From positions 992,001 to 1,056,000 of the forward strand of contig JASVEC010000017.1 of assembly GCA_030770535.1 (NCBI GenBank): a DNA stretch of 64,000 nt. The letters run 5' to 3'. The stretch comes from Batkoa obscura (Eukaryota). The notes under the pieces are model-generated. The model was given only the letters and a program-made list of their open reading frames with translations, searched no databases and had not been told where the DNA came from. Positions 13,956-27,935 of this stretch are shown here, one piece after another. Numbering within the stretch: the first letter of the stretch is position 1; each line of letters begins with the position of its first letter. The translations under genes were made by a program, and so were the position numbers.

Positions 13956-16094
13956 ATATTTTAATATTTGAACATGTAATTTATTTATGATATTGATTGT
14001 TCCATAATCGCTTTTAAAAGTAAATATTCTTATACTATAATTTATTTTCGATGTTTATTGGCTTGAAGCAAAGTAGTTTTTATAGAAAACATTTGTTTCT
14101 AAATTATGTTTAAACTAAAACGGTTTAAAGATGTTTTATCATGTTGTTTTTTGCTACAAGTTGTAACCTGTCTTTATATTCCATTTATTTAATAATTAAC
14201 TGATAAAAATATTATCAAATATCTTTTTCGTTTAGCTGATTCAACTTTTGTGTTGTTTATTTGTGTTTATTTTATACTCTACATGTTTATCAACTATTGA
14301 TACTAAAGAATAAACCATCTACTGCTCGCCATGTGCAGCAATTAAATTATCAGGTTTATTTGAATTTGTTTTAAAATCTAGAATTCTCGGGTTATTCACA
14401 AATCAGTAAATTTTTATGTTTTTTGTGGTTCTTTTAAAACTTAGTGAGAAAATCGACCCCAGACCTTATTTTTAACATTATTCAGCAAACTATTCCTCAA
14501 TCTCATTTACCCCCGATATTTTACCTAATGAACGGATTAAAAATGGTTTACGCCATTCTGATAAGGAACTGGCCCAGCTTCAAAAGTATTTATTCATTGG
14601 GGATATTTATTCTTTTACTTATTACTTGATTAAGTAAGTTTAATTAACTTGAAAACTATTAAACACTGCTAAGTATAGCAGTTATAAATCCACAAAGCTT
14701 AATTACTTTGCTAACCATAACATATATAAATTATAAGAAACAATATATATGATTACTCAGTCAATTTTGTTAAGTTTTTCCTTTGTATATTAAGATAGAG
14801 ATATCAACTATCACCTCCTATTTACTCTTTGTCTATTATTTATTGTATTTACTAAATCAAGAAGAATCCAAACCCTTACTCGGTTTGGCTTCTTGACCAA
14901 TATGTTGGCACCTTGGCACTATCTATCCTGAAGCTCGTATAAACTCAGCTGCAATGATTAAACTGGGTATCACACCGTAGCTGAATTTCAGTTTATAGTA
15001 TTATTATCAAACCTTAATAGAATCGCTCATTTAAGAATTCGTTTTCTAAATAGTTAAAACGATTTCAATTTTATGGTCTCAACTTTTAATTATAAAGATG
15101 TTATTTTAATATGACAAAAATAAGTTTTCACTATAGATTCTTCAAAGCAGTTTGGCAATTTTTTTATAAATTAATCTTCTCAAGACATTGACAGTATTAA
15201 ATGAAAATTACAATGAAAGACCAAATCAAAATGTCAATGTGATCAAACTGCAACATAATGTTTTAAAATTTACAATTCTTTTATCAAGATTAATGTTAAA
15301 ATTTTTAGCTATAAAAGAAACTACCATTTCAACCACTTTGGGAGTATTTTGTGGGAGCCATAAGTGATCACTTTTTACTCTAATTTAAGATCTATTACAT
15401 ATTTGGAATAGAAATCCCTTCAATTGTGATCATATCCCCAATATTATTATATTTATCACATGAAAGTGGTTAAATAGAATTTATACTTCTTTATCCCTTA
15501 TTTTCATCATAATTTACATCTAGCTAATATTTATTAAAGATTTACTATCAATTCTTCTGTCAAATTACAACTAAGAGCTTACATCTTAATTTATATCATA
15601 ATGTCAATCCAAATCCAGACAATTGATCACTCTCCACCGCATTTATTGTAATCAAACCTTTTCTACTTTAAGTGTAACCCCTTTAGGTCCCCATTAAGTC
15701 ATATTTATGCCCTAATATTAAACACATAGTTTTGATATAGACATTTAAGAAAATAATTTGCCATTTGCCTAACTTTTATTTCTATAGCAAATATTATCTT
15801 ATTATAAAGAAACCCGTTTTCCTTTTTTATAGTATTTTTAATAAACCATACATTTAATAAAACTTTGACATTTTAAAAGGAAGCGTATATTGACTAATAA
15901 TGCAAATGATTTAAAGATACTGAAATGGAGCTACATAATGAAGTGTTATTTTAATTCTATCCTTAAAAACATTTCAAATAGTGATAAATCTATCATTATA
16001 ATTAAAAGCTGAAAATTATTTTATTAAAAGAAAACTTCAAAGAATCAAGAAGGGGATAAAATTGTTATACTACCAGATAACATTAAATAAAAAA

Positions 16095-17105
16095 TTACTG
16101 TTCGAAACTAGTTAGTAAATCTAAAGCAGCATTAAGCTCTAAACTGAAAAAAGGATTACTACGTGAAAGCTCAACTAAATTAGGTGATGAGCTTTTAAAG
16201 TACTCTGAAGTTGCTTTAGCTTGGTTTAGACAGGTAGTACCGAGCTGGGTAAGTATTGGAAAAGGGCATGGAGAAAGAGAATTAGATAATAATATTATTT
16301 GATAACATAGTATATAAAATTGTAAAGTTTCTAAAGAGTATGTGGCATAGTTATTACTTAAATCTGATAGTAACTTTTCCTCCAATGTACACTTTAAAGA
16401 TTCAAACCCTTCATAATGTGATGGTAAATATAAAAGCCCTAATGCAGTAACAGCACTTGATATATAATTGAAATACCTCCATCTTTGTGAAGAGGTAATA
16501 GGAAATAAAATAAAGGTACTATTTACATTTTTAAAGTATAAGTCCTGTGCGATTGATGTTAATTCCTCTTCAGAAGTTTGATTAAAAGGTGTTCTTACAC
16601 CAGAAGAATAAGTTGGGCTACTTAAATTGTATGGTAAAAGCTCCATATAATTGGTAATAAAGCAATTGGATTCAACAACATGGTTTGTTACAATGTTACT
16701 CTTCAATTCGAAGTCATTTGGTAATTCATTTTCAACGTTCAAATCTACCAACATATCATAGTTACCTTTAGATGGTGAGGGAGAAATTGTTATTATTGAT
16801 TCAGAGCTTTCAGTTCCAGAACCATTATGATTAAATTTAGGAGCATCGAAATCAATATCACAATCCTGATCATCTTTAGTTGAAAATTTATTAACATAAG
16901 CTTGGTAGCTTTCGTCCTTTTGCCTTCTGACACGTGGTGGTTTGTAAACATACACACACTCCATACCCCTTTTTATACATTTCTTACAAGTTGGCATAGT
17001 CATATCGCATTTAAGTCTTCTACGCTGACATGGTTTACATTTAAAAGTGCTAATAGTAGGTGTCGTTTTATCTGCGGTTAAATCGATATTATCTGGATTA
17101 CACAT
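16095..17105 (-). CDS. Zn(2)Cys(6) transcription factor with a short helical C-terminal region
   Basis: CKPCQRRRLKCDMTMPTCKKCIKRGMECVY binuclear cluster; intronless 336-aa ORF. Confidence 0.9.
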   Translation of the reverse strand: MCNPDNIDLTADKTTPTISTFKCKPCQRRRLKCDMTMPTCKKCIKRGMECVYVYKPPRVRRQKDESYQAYVNKFSTKDDQDCDIDFDAPKFNHNGSGTESSESIITISPSPSKGNYDMLVDLNVENELPNDFELKSNIVTNHVVESNCFITNYMELLPYNLSSPTYSSGVRTPFNQTSEEELTSIAQDLYFKNVNSTFILFPITSSQRWRYFNYISSAVTALGLLYLPSHYEGFESLKCTLEEKLLSDLSNNYATYSLETLQFYILCYQIILLSNSLSPCPFPILTQLGTTCLNQAKATSEYFKSSSPNLVELSRSNPFFSLELNAALDLLTSFEQ

Positions 17106-20100
17106 TATTACTAATTCTTGATTTTATAATTTTATAATTAATTTTCTTCCAAAAACGCTGTTTAAATAGGTTTTGTTTTGAGTTTATTAATGATAGTTAT
17201 TAATTATTTTAACTTGATAAATTGGGAATATATTAATTTGTTCAGATCAAAACTTGTCTAAAAAAATGTATGAGTCGGGTGAGCCTGACATACATATTAT
17301 TACTATAAGCTCACATATATTAATATTTAAAAGCAAAACATTAGCCAATGCTACTACAAGTTGGAACTGGAATTTACTGTCACTTGGCTTAAAATTACTA
17401 CATTTGGAATCATCCATTATGAGATAAATTTTAAGCCATCATTTAGGTTGGAAGAGAATTGACAAATAAGTTAATATCAGAGAGTTGAATTTAAAAATTA
17501 ATAAATTAAATGATAATAAAATAATAGACTTACAAATCCAGACATAATATTAAATTTGAAACTGCCTTAACTCAATTTTTAATATTTGTGATTTACAATA
17601 TTATTACACCAACCCCTTAAACTAAAATTTTTGCTTCTGTGTTTTTATGTACATCCACACTTACTATTACATTTATATCTACACTTACACTTACATTACA
17701 CTGTTATATGATCTTACATTTAAATTTTTTCGTTTGTTCCTATAGTAAACTAATAGCTACCAAACTTTTGGAGAGCATTTATTTTTAGTCAAGCAGAGCT
17801 GATTCCGACGTTTCCAGAATAGACTTGCTCTAAAATTAATTGGATTTGTTAACAAACGAGCTAATAGATATATTACTAAACCAAGAGAATAAGAATCAAT
17901 AGTCCTAATCCATTAGAGTGTTTAAAACTTGTATAATAAAATCATACTTTTATTACTAGTTTAACTTTTTTTTAAACAATAAAAGTGTGATTAACAGTAA
18001 CCATCTTTATTCATTAAAAAGGTGTAGTATCCCAAAACAATAACCGATATAATAATATTGCTTTATGATTAGTCACAAAACTCAAAAAAGATTCTATTTA
18101 TAAATTTAATGCATACAATTAAGCTATTTTTTACTGCAAATTTAATAATATACAAATAAAAATAATTTACGGAATTTATTTTTAAACATATTTTCAAATA
18201 AAATCTAGTTTTAAGCTATTCGTGGATCTTTACTTTATAGTTTATTGCGAATCAGTTGTATTAATTTAATATAATTAATACATTCATATATGAACAGATC
18301 ATTGAATTAATAGTAATTATGGATAATCTATATAACACTATTCCTTGTCTTGTTTTTATAATACCAAGAAACGGTGGAACTTACAGTTAACTCTTGGATA
18401 AAAATATAACTCTATAGTCAACCAAACCTAAGAGTTATACAATAATAAATGGTATTGATATATATTGAAGATATCAAAAACATACCAACACATGTTTGCT
18501 TGTACTTTTTTGACTTTAAACTCTATTCGTAATACTATTGATTTTTGTAAATGATGTTCTTTAATTTCATATTTGTAATTTTAAAAGTGAATAGAATCTA
18601 GTACACCGAAAGATTTGATTTAGAAATTTCTTTTTTCAGTATACTACACTGAATCATTAGTTATTCTTTTGAATTGTCAAGTGATAGAATACCAAGTAAA
18701 ACCCATTTATAAACTATAACTAAACTTTATTTTTTATCACAAAAACGTAGTGACATAGCCTTTTTTAAGCCACTTTCACTTAAGATCGTATTGTTTTAAC
18801 ATGTTTTATATATAATTCCGTTAATAACAAACAACACAATAAATAATGTCGTGAATAAAGCAGCTCATTTGTTTATATTAACTTGATATCAATATATTTA
18901 AAGTGTTATAAATTGGACTAAATTCATTCGGATACTGTAATAATTGATTTTCTAATCTAATGTTTTTTTGTAATTTCATTATGAATAAAATATAGATATT
19001 AGCGAATAGATATTTTAATTATTAATTTGAATGTAAGCCTAGACTATAGTATTTTGAAAATTTTAATGTAAAGTGTAAAATAAACACACCATCTTTAAAA
19101 AGGCATCTTTGCAAATAAATTGATATTAAAGCATAAAAATTTAGCTTAAAAATCAGTAATCACTGATATACAATAAGCTATACTATTAATTTATAGTAAT
19201 ATAATGACAAACTAAAGCTCTGATTTTACAAAACAACATAAGTAGTTATTGTTAAATTCAATATCAACAACCTTTTAATAAAATCGACTATAAATAATGT
19301 GCTGCGGGATATCTTTTAATAAACTTTTTGAGATAAAATTAGATCTAATCAAATACAAATCTATTCAAAATTAATTCCTATCTAAATATAGCAAATCAAA
19401 TTAATAAAATAAATAAAACAAGCTATAGCATTAATAGCAATATATTATTGTTTTTATATTGTTCTTTAGAAATAATATCGTAAAACTTTTTATTTTTATA
19501 AAATAGACACTCGATCAAATATAATATTGAGAAAATAGCTGTTTCTTATATTGCTAGTATTATATTTTTTACTATATGAAATATTACTATATTAGTTATA
19601 TAATCAATTGATAGATCATTTATATATAATACTTGATGTTCAATGTTATGTGAAAATTATTAAATTTTACTATTTAAATTATTACTATATAAGCTATGTA
19701 CTAACTTTAGATAGTTTTAGTCGTAGAATTAGTACTGGCGGTTTTTTTAAAATTAACTCATAAATTTAAAAATAAAATCAATGATTTACAAATATTTGAA
19801 ATAAGACACATTTCCATATAATGTCAAACTTATTAACTTATTAATAAAATTTGGTAAAGAATATAGATTAAAAAGATATTATATTCCTTTATTAGTACGC
19901 TTAATTTAAGCTATGTAAAGCTTTTGATGACTTAAAAATAAATGAATAAAAAGATTCTGGCACCTTCTGATTTATTTTTTCTCAATAAATTATTTATTTG
20001 TCATCTTTTTAATTTATTGTTGAAATGAGTTTTTCATCCATTTTATTAAATTTATAAAATATGGCAAATAACTTATATGGTAGATAGCCTATATGATAAG

Positions 20101-20891
20101 CAGCTATTATATAAATTGTGTTTTGGTAGCAATATAAATTACAAGTACGCTAAACCTATAGGTTATTATATGTCAAAAATACAAGTCAAGTAAGTCGAGT
20201 AATAATTTTTTTTAAATCTCCGATTTTTTAGTACTTTAAGCTAAGAATTTGATTAAAGGAAATTCTTACAAATATTTTTGATATTTTTGATTAATATGAA
20301 CAGTTCGATTTAGCCCAAATCTATTGTAGTTTAGTTTTTAATTACTTAATTTAGTCAAAAATCTTCATAGCCATTTTAATATTAAAGTTAGAGTTAAGGT
20401 TAATATAAAAGCTTTTTAGAAATTAAAATAGCACTTTTTTGACTAAAATTAAATCTTAAATCAAATTATAGTAAATTTAGCCCAAATGTTAATTAGCTAT
20501 ATTTTATTTTTTAACTTTTATTAACTTATATTTAAAAAAAAAGTTAAATGATAAAAAATAAAATACTTTATATTATTGTAAATATCACTGATATTTTATA
20601 AAAGCTCTTTTTAATTAATGTACCCAGCACTTTTTAATCAATTAAAGCTTAGCTAATAATTAACAAACCAACTTTTTACAAGGATGAAATATAGATAACC
20701 TGTTTTTATATAAATATCTTTAAAAAAAGCTTTGAAAATTTTCAAAAATTAACAAATATTACATAAATATAGCATTATATCTAATTAGCTATATAATAAT
20801 TTCTAATTAGTAAGCATATTTTAAAATATCAAAGTTTAATATAAATTATAAAATTAATTATATTAACAGTTAAAGTCATATTAATATGTAT

Positions 20892-20988
20892 GTGGTGTTT
20901 TTTTTGGCTTCATCACTTTTTCCATGTTTTAAGCGCTATTTGAACGGAAAAACTGTCAGTAAAACTCTTAAACATAAAATACATCCCC
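20892..20988 (-). mobile_element. 98-bp MITE
   Basis: Family match. Confidence 0.85.
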
Positions 20989-21483
20989 ATATATATAAAC
21001 TATATTTCTAAAATTTTAACTTATTATAATCATTTAAAAAAAGGTTAAATGAGCTAAAATAAAATAATTTAATAACAACAAATAACAATAAAAACATAAC
21101 AAAAACATAATAATAAAAAATATAATTATTTTTATCAAAATTAAAATAAAATAAATTAAAAAATTAGTATTATAAAAACTATAAAACTCAATGTTTAAAA
21201 AAAAGTTGTAAAAGTTTTTTAACTAACTTTATAATAAATCAAAAAAATTTAGTTTCGATAACTAAAATAAACTTATAAGTAAAAAAATAATATATAACAA
21301 TCAAGCAAATTATATAAAATAAATAAAAAAATTTCGGATTAATTATGTATGAATTTGAAAAAGTGTTTAATTTTAATATCAAAATCACTTAAATTTAATT
21401 ATAGTTTAAATAATTATTTATATTATAATAATTATTAAATTAAAAAAACCATTAGCAAAATTCTGATTAAAAAAAACAAATTA

Positions 21484-21579
21484 GAAGATGTTTTTTAGTT
21501 TCATTACTTTCTCCATTTTTAAGCGCTATTTGAGTGAAAAGATTGTTAGTGAAAATTTCAAACAAAAAAATATATCCCC
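21484..21579 (-). mobile_element. 98-bp MITE, degenerate
   Basis: Family match. Confidence 0.75.
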
Positions 21580-22201
21580 ATTAGACTTGAAAAGTTCAGT
21601 AAGTTAAATAAAAACATAATATTATAGAAAGATGGAAAAAGACTTAATTTGAGTTAAAAAAAAGAAATTTTAGCTTAATAGTTTTAAAAATAGATCAATA
21701 ATAGAGAGGAAAGGTAATATTTATTTATTAGTAATTAATAGATATAACAAGTCTATTAATAAGCTTTAGATTTCAAAAGCTATTAAAAATAAAAAGTGAA
21801 TAGAAGTGTTAATATGCTTGATACAATAAAATGAAAAAATCAGTATATTAAAATAAACAAATTGTCCGAGCTAATGTATATAAAAAATAAAATAATGAAT
21901 TGTTACCAGGATGGCAAGAAGGTTTGATAGTAACTTATTAAAAGCTATTAATGAAGTTATAAAGCCTAAATAGAAGTAAATATAATAAATTTGTTTGACC
22001 CTTTTTTTATATAAAAATAAGTTGCATTTTTAAACTTTCTATTATGGTTTTATATTTTAATGATATTATTATTAATATACCAATAATAATTTAATAAAAT
22101 ACAAATCATAATAGATAGATAGAATATATAAATTTATTAAAATAAAGTGAGAATAGAAATAAAAACATAACTATAAAACAAGATCATATAGATTCCGAAA
22201 A

Positions 22202-22984
22202 TTAGATACCATTTTTAAATTTTAAAGGTACTTCTTTATCCCCTAAACTCTTTTCTGCTACTTTTTTTTTTTTTCTTTGAGCAGCCCCATTTATTATTAA
22301 AAAGTCATTATTATTACCTCCTTTTTTATAATTACACTTTTCCTGTGTACTTTCACAATTCTCGCATTTTGGTTTCTTTCCATTACATGATAAATTTTTT
22401 TTAAAACATAATTCACAAGGCTGCATATCTTCAGACATAGTATTATTAAACATAGTAGATTGCCAAATAATGGGATTATCATAAATATAATTTTCTTCTT
22501 CCATCATCTTTTCTACTTTACTTTTACTATAAAAACTTGATTGTGTATCCACTAATAATATATTATAATTTTATCAAAAGGAAAATGTTAAAACTTATTG
22601 TTAATTACCTTGATTAATCTCGTCTGTCATAAAACTAGGTTTAGGGTAAGGATAAAGGGGTGGAGGACCAAGGGAATGAATTAAATAAGTCGGATGATTA
22701 TGATGTTGAACATTATCTATTGGATCTGGTGAATAAGACCTAAAAGAGTATAAAGGTCTCTGTGAACTTATATTAAAATTATAGCGTCTTTTATAAACAT
22801 TGGAAATATTTTGTGGAATGGATAAATGATTACTGATTTCTTCAGGTTCCGATTCAGTATAACTACAACTTACAAATAACCGACTACATCGACTACATTC
22901 CGGTAATTTTTGATCACAGCGTATATTTTGAACTTGACATTGTAAACAATCTTTAACTTCAGCTTCAACAGTAGAGTTGGACAT
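22202..22984 (-). CDS. Protein with two Zn(2)Cys(6) clusters (exons 22984-22609 and 22551-22202, about 241 aa)
   Basis: A 57-nt GT-AG intron at 22552-22608 joins the two track ORFs in frame; clusters CLQCQVQNIRCDQKLPECSRCSRLFVSC and CELCFKKNLSCNGKKPKCENCESTQEKC. Confidence 0.8.
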
Positions 22985-23912
22985 TATAAATTGAATCTTT
23001 AATTTATAAAAGATAAAAAATGCAATTAATGTGAAAATTGATAAGGTAAATTGATAGTCAAATCATAAATTTTATTTGATTGGTAAATTAGGTTTGATGG
23101 ATGATTTAGTTATTCTTTATAAATATTGATAAAACTTTATTACCATTTTTAATTTTTAACGTCTATATTTGGTTTATATCTTGATTATGAAATAAATTTA
23201 AACTTGAATAGAATACTATTCACAACTTTAAGTTTATAATAATAAAAATAGAGATAAAGAAGGTATAGTATATATAAGATAAGTTATAATAAAAGTAAAA
23301 TAATAGAAATTAACAGACAATTAATAAACAATAGTTGAATCTAATAATATTTGAAAATCTCAATGAATATGGTAATAAAAGTAGTTCTTAATATTATCAA
23401 TTTGTTATTAAATAAGCTATAAAACTTGATTCAATCTTATATTTTTAAACTTAAAATTAACTAAAATATACAAAACTATTATTTTGTTTTAAAAAACTTG
23501 AATAAAAAAACTACCGTAAAGATATAGATTACTATTTTTATCGATTTTGTCTGTAACATTTAAATATTCTTAATACATTACTACTTTAAAAATGGATGAT
23601 GCTGTTATAAAAATAATAATTATCTTAATTAGTTTACAATAATATTAAATTATTTATAAAATTTTAAAGTTATTACGTTGATAAAATTAAAGAAGTTCAT
23701 TGTTTTCATGTTTTAAAAGATAAAATGATAATATGTGATTTATCAACTATTATATTGTTATAATAATAATGTTATTCTATCATTAAAAATAAAAATAATG
23801 TAATAAAGATGAGAAAAAGTTCAATCAATCGTATAAAAAAAATCAAAAATTAATATAAAAATTATGATAAGCAAGGTTCTATGATGTGTGATTCTAAAAT
23901 AGGTATCAACTT

Positions 23913-23943
<31 letters not shown>

Positions 23944-24563
23944 TAAAGAGTTCCAATTAATAAATCTGATACTCCCTTAACCCATCAATAAATATTAAAG
24001 TTGCTATTAAAAACCTGTTTTTCAATAGCCAAAAACATAGTAAAATATTTTAGTTTATTTTTATTTAGATTCTATTTAATCGAGAAGCTGAGTGTGACTT
24101 TTTTTTTGAAATAATAAAAATTATTAAATTATTAAATTATTAAAACTTATGTTTAAAAGAAATTATTAGAAATTAAAAATAAAGAGTTATAATTAATTTG
24201 AAACATTGTTACCATCAACGTCGGTGTAGCATCCTAATTACTCTACTAAAAAACTCAAATCAAGATAATTTTCTATCAACAATCTCATCCATTACCAAAA
24301 TTATAGTTTTAGTAGTATTGGATTTAATATTAATTACTACTACTTAAATAGAGGCGCTTTGAAAGGGTATACTTATTGGTGTTATAATCATATAGTTAAT
24401 AACAAATTATTTTATTTAATAAAATAGTACTAGAATATGATTCCACTCTTAGATAAAACATTATCATAATCATTTTCATTATATCATAAAAAAAGGTTAT
24501 CATCATAGTTTTTTTAATTGTAATTAATGTTATTTATTTTGTTAATATTTATTAAAAGAATTT

Positions 24564-24659
24564 GGGGATGTTTTTTGGTTTCATTGTTTTTTCCATTTTT
24601 TAAGCACTATTTGAGCGGAAAGATTGTTAGTAAAATCCTTAAACAAATAATACACCCCC
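24564..24659 (-). mobile_element. 98-bp MITE
   Basis: Perfect ATTT TSD. Confidence 0.9.
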
Positions 24660-24900
24660 ATTTATTAAATGATTTTTATAAAATTCTACTGTTTTTAAAA
24701 ACAGGTTGGATTTAGCTATTCGCTTTTATTTTAATTTGTTGCTATGTTTTTTTAAATGAGTTCATCGTTTTGCACTTTTACACATGGGTCATGGTTTCAT
24801 AAATTAACCTTTAACAAATTAAAAACGAAAGCATTTATGACTTTTATTTGAGTTTATATAAATATTATTCTCCTCGGTAAAATTTAAAGATAAAATTCGA

Positions 24901-24974
24901 GTTTCCGTGGTGTAGTTGGTTATCACATCTGTCTAACACACAGAAGGTCTCCAGTTCGAATCTGGACGGAAACA
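24901..24974 (+). tRNA. tRNA-Val (anticodon AAC)
   Basis: Acceptor stem GTTTCCG/CGGAAAC, anticodon arm TCTGT-CT-AAC-AC-ACAGA, T-loop GTTCGAAT, downstream T6 Pol III terminator. Confidence 0.97.
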
Positions 24975-25240
24975 TCAAATGTTTTTTCACAAATTTTTTG
25001 ATTTTCTGCCACTTTATTTATTACTATCAATAAGTTACTAAGACAATTTGCTTCATCAACACTATTATAGATATAATTTATTATTGCTCTAACGATATAA
25101 CGCTAATTAATTTTTCTTCAATTAATATAACAATTAAATAATTGCATAAACTATTTAAATAATACTGATATCATCTTAATCTATTCTACCTCATATCAAA
25201 GTGCAATGTCTTCAATTTATCTATTTTAAAAGAACCATTA

Positions 25241-25339
25241 GGGGGTGTTTTTTTGGCTTCATTACTTTTTCCATCTTTTAAGCGCTATTTGAGCGGAAAG
25301 GTTGTTGGCAAAATTCTTAAACACAAAAATACATCCCCC
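25241..25339 (-). mobile_element. 98-bp MITE
   Basis: ATTA TSD. Confidence 0.9.
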
Positions 25340-25583
25340 ATTATTTAATGTTATTAATTGTACACTTCAAGTTAGAAAATTGAATATCCATACCCATTAT
25401 TTGAAGTTGAAGAATGAGTTGAGTAGTATCAAACATTCTTTAGTAATTTAAAGTAACTAATTTAAAAATTTAACTAAAAAATTGAGATATTTTATTACTA
25501 TTCTTATTGATAACATTTGTATGAATATTTCAAGTTGTGTATAGTTGACCAATAGTTTTATTTATAATTGAGCTAAAATATAT

Positions 25584-25682
25584 GGGGGCGTTTTTTTTGG
25601 TTTCATTATTTTTTCCATTTTTTAAGCGCTATTTAAGTGGAAAAGCTATTAGTAAAATTATTAAACAAAAAAATACATCCCC
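25584..25682 (-). mobile_element. 98-bp MITE
   Basis: ATAT TSD. Confidence 0.9.
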
Positions 25683-27935
25683 ATATGAGCTTTAAAAAAA
25701 GACTTAAACTCAAAAGTATGTTTTATTTAAATATGGTTGAAATAAAGGTCGGTCAATTAAGGCTTGGCTATGCTTTCAATTGGGACTAAGTAGTTGATAG
25801 TTTCGAAATTTATATCTTTTTAGTCAATTAAATAATATAAAAGATAGTTGCACTAAGTACACCTCCTGGATCTTAGACTAAACAAGTATATTAACATCCG
25901 AAGTATGGTGTAATAAATTAAAATTGGGCTTAAGGTACTAGAAACATAGTAAGGAGATTGAAAAAAATCGATTTATAAAAAAACATTACAATTGGAACCA
26001 AGTCTCTATTTTCTTCAAATAGTTTAGAAGCATTTAAACACTTGAAAAAACTAATTTTAATGTAAAAATAATAATGAAACAAATGTATTATTCCAGGTGT
26101 TCCCTTTTCCCTGTTTTTACAGGTTAAATGTGCTAGAACAGTCTCAATTTAAAAAAAAAATTGAGTCTTTCAATTCTAATTGTTTTATTTCTGAGGGTAA
26201 ATAAGCACAGAAAGTAAGAGCAGATAGGTAAAAAATAGGATGGGTAAGGAAAAGGATGAAATTATTTATGGTGAAATTATTTATGATATTATAGGAAAGC
26301 ATGCGAGTTTGTGAGAGCTGGGTTTTAGTCTAGGGATATTGTACTCGGTAGAAGAGTTTGTATCGATTTTTTGTACCAATTTTTACACTACTTTTATACA
26401 GTTTAGAGGTGAGCTAATCTTACTTGAAATTCTAGGCCAAATTTTTAGCTTAAAAAGTAGCCACAAACACAAAAATGGCCTAATTTTAAAAATTTCATAA
26501 TCAATTCTGTGAAGATTGGCTAAACCTTGTACGATTTTTTTCTTTTGTGGTCACCTTTGAGTTTTTTAAGTTATAGTTTTACATCTAAGCCAAAAAAAAT
26601 AGAAACTGCTTTAAAGAAGAAAAAGAGGAGGTCGCTTGTATTTTTAAGAAGAGGTGGGTTATTCTTTTTTTTTAATTGATATAAAATATATTCTTTTTAT
26701 TTAAATTTTAAATTTTGAAACTTTTTGTGGGAGGGTTTGTTTTATTACAAGCTTTTTAAATTTGGTAAAAATTCATAATTAACTGCTTTTTTGTCTCAAT
26801 ATTAAACTATGATATTTTGGAATTTTATGTTGACTAAAAAATGATCAATAGAAAAATGAATAAAAAATGCTCTTCATTCTCATTCAATAACTAGTTACAC
26901 AATGCGCCACAAGGCTTGCATTTGAATACCAAAAAACCTGCACGAATAAACAGTCCGATGTTTTCACTAATATGTTTATCAAGATTACCACCAATGGAGT
27001 ATGGTAGTTTGTGTAGTTTTATCTTATCTGCGTACGAATAAGTTAGTTTGGCTACTTGTTATTTGAACTGGAACTTAAAAGTGAATAATATTTTTCGCTA
27101 ATTAATGATGTCAAACTGAATTTTATTAGGTGGGTCTAAAAAACTTGTTAATAGTCAGAGGTTAAGCATGAAAAAATCGAGCTATTTTAAAAAAGAAAAT
27201 TTCAATTATAATTCAACCTAAATTTCTATTGAAAAGAAAATGAAAGTGTAAGTTAATATAAATAGACGAAGACATGTAAATAAACATTAATATAAAAATA
27301 GATACTAAGACATGGATGACAAAAACATAAATAAAGTATTATTCTAAACCTTTTTGAAACAGTCTGACATAAATTTAATACAAAAAATTAAACTTAATCT
27401 TTGTGCATAAGAAGTTAAAAAGATCACCAAGGCATAATTATTATTCAACAAATAATTAAGCTAATGTAGCCCAGCCTTTAACTCAACCACGACATTTGCA
27501 GGCCAATTAATTTTTTGAAAATTAAAGACATTAAATGGTAATGGTATAAATAAAAAAAAAAAATCGGTTATTTACTGAAATTTTTCAACTTAGTTAAGAC
27601 AGTGATCAAATCCTCCTTAGCTTTTTAATTTTAAAAGAAAGCCCCACGTACCCTGAGCTGGTGACACTATTTATAAATTTTATTTTAACCCCTATTTAAA
27701 ATTGTTGAGCAAGTGAATCTAAAAATAGGCTTATTAAAGCACTCTGATTATCAGAATACAAATTTATCCACCAATCAACTTGAATATTATTTAAAAATAG
27801 AGTAATTAATTTCGTATATCCATATATAGACAGCATATAAAAAAAAAATAATATAACGCTTGGATTATACTTAAAAAAGTATTTAAACAAGGATTTTATA
27901 GTTAGTTCAATAATTCAATTTTTTTGATTCTTAAG

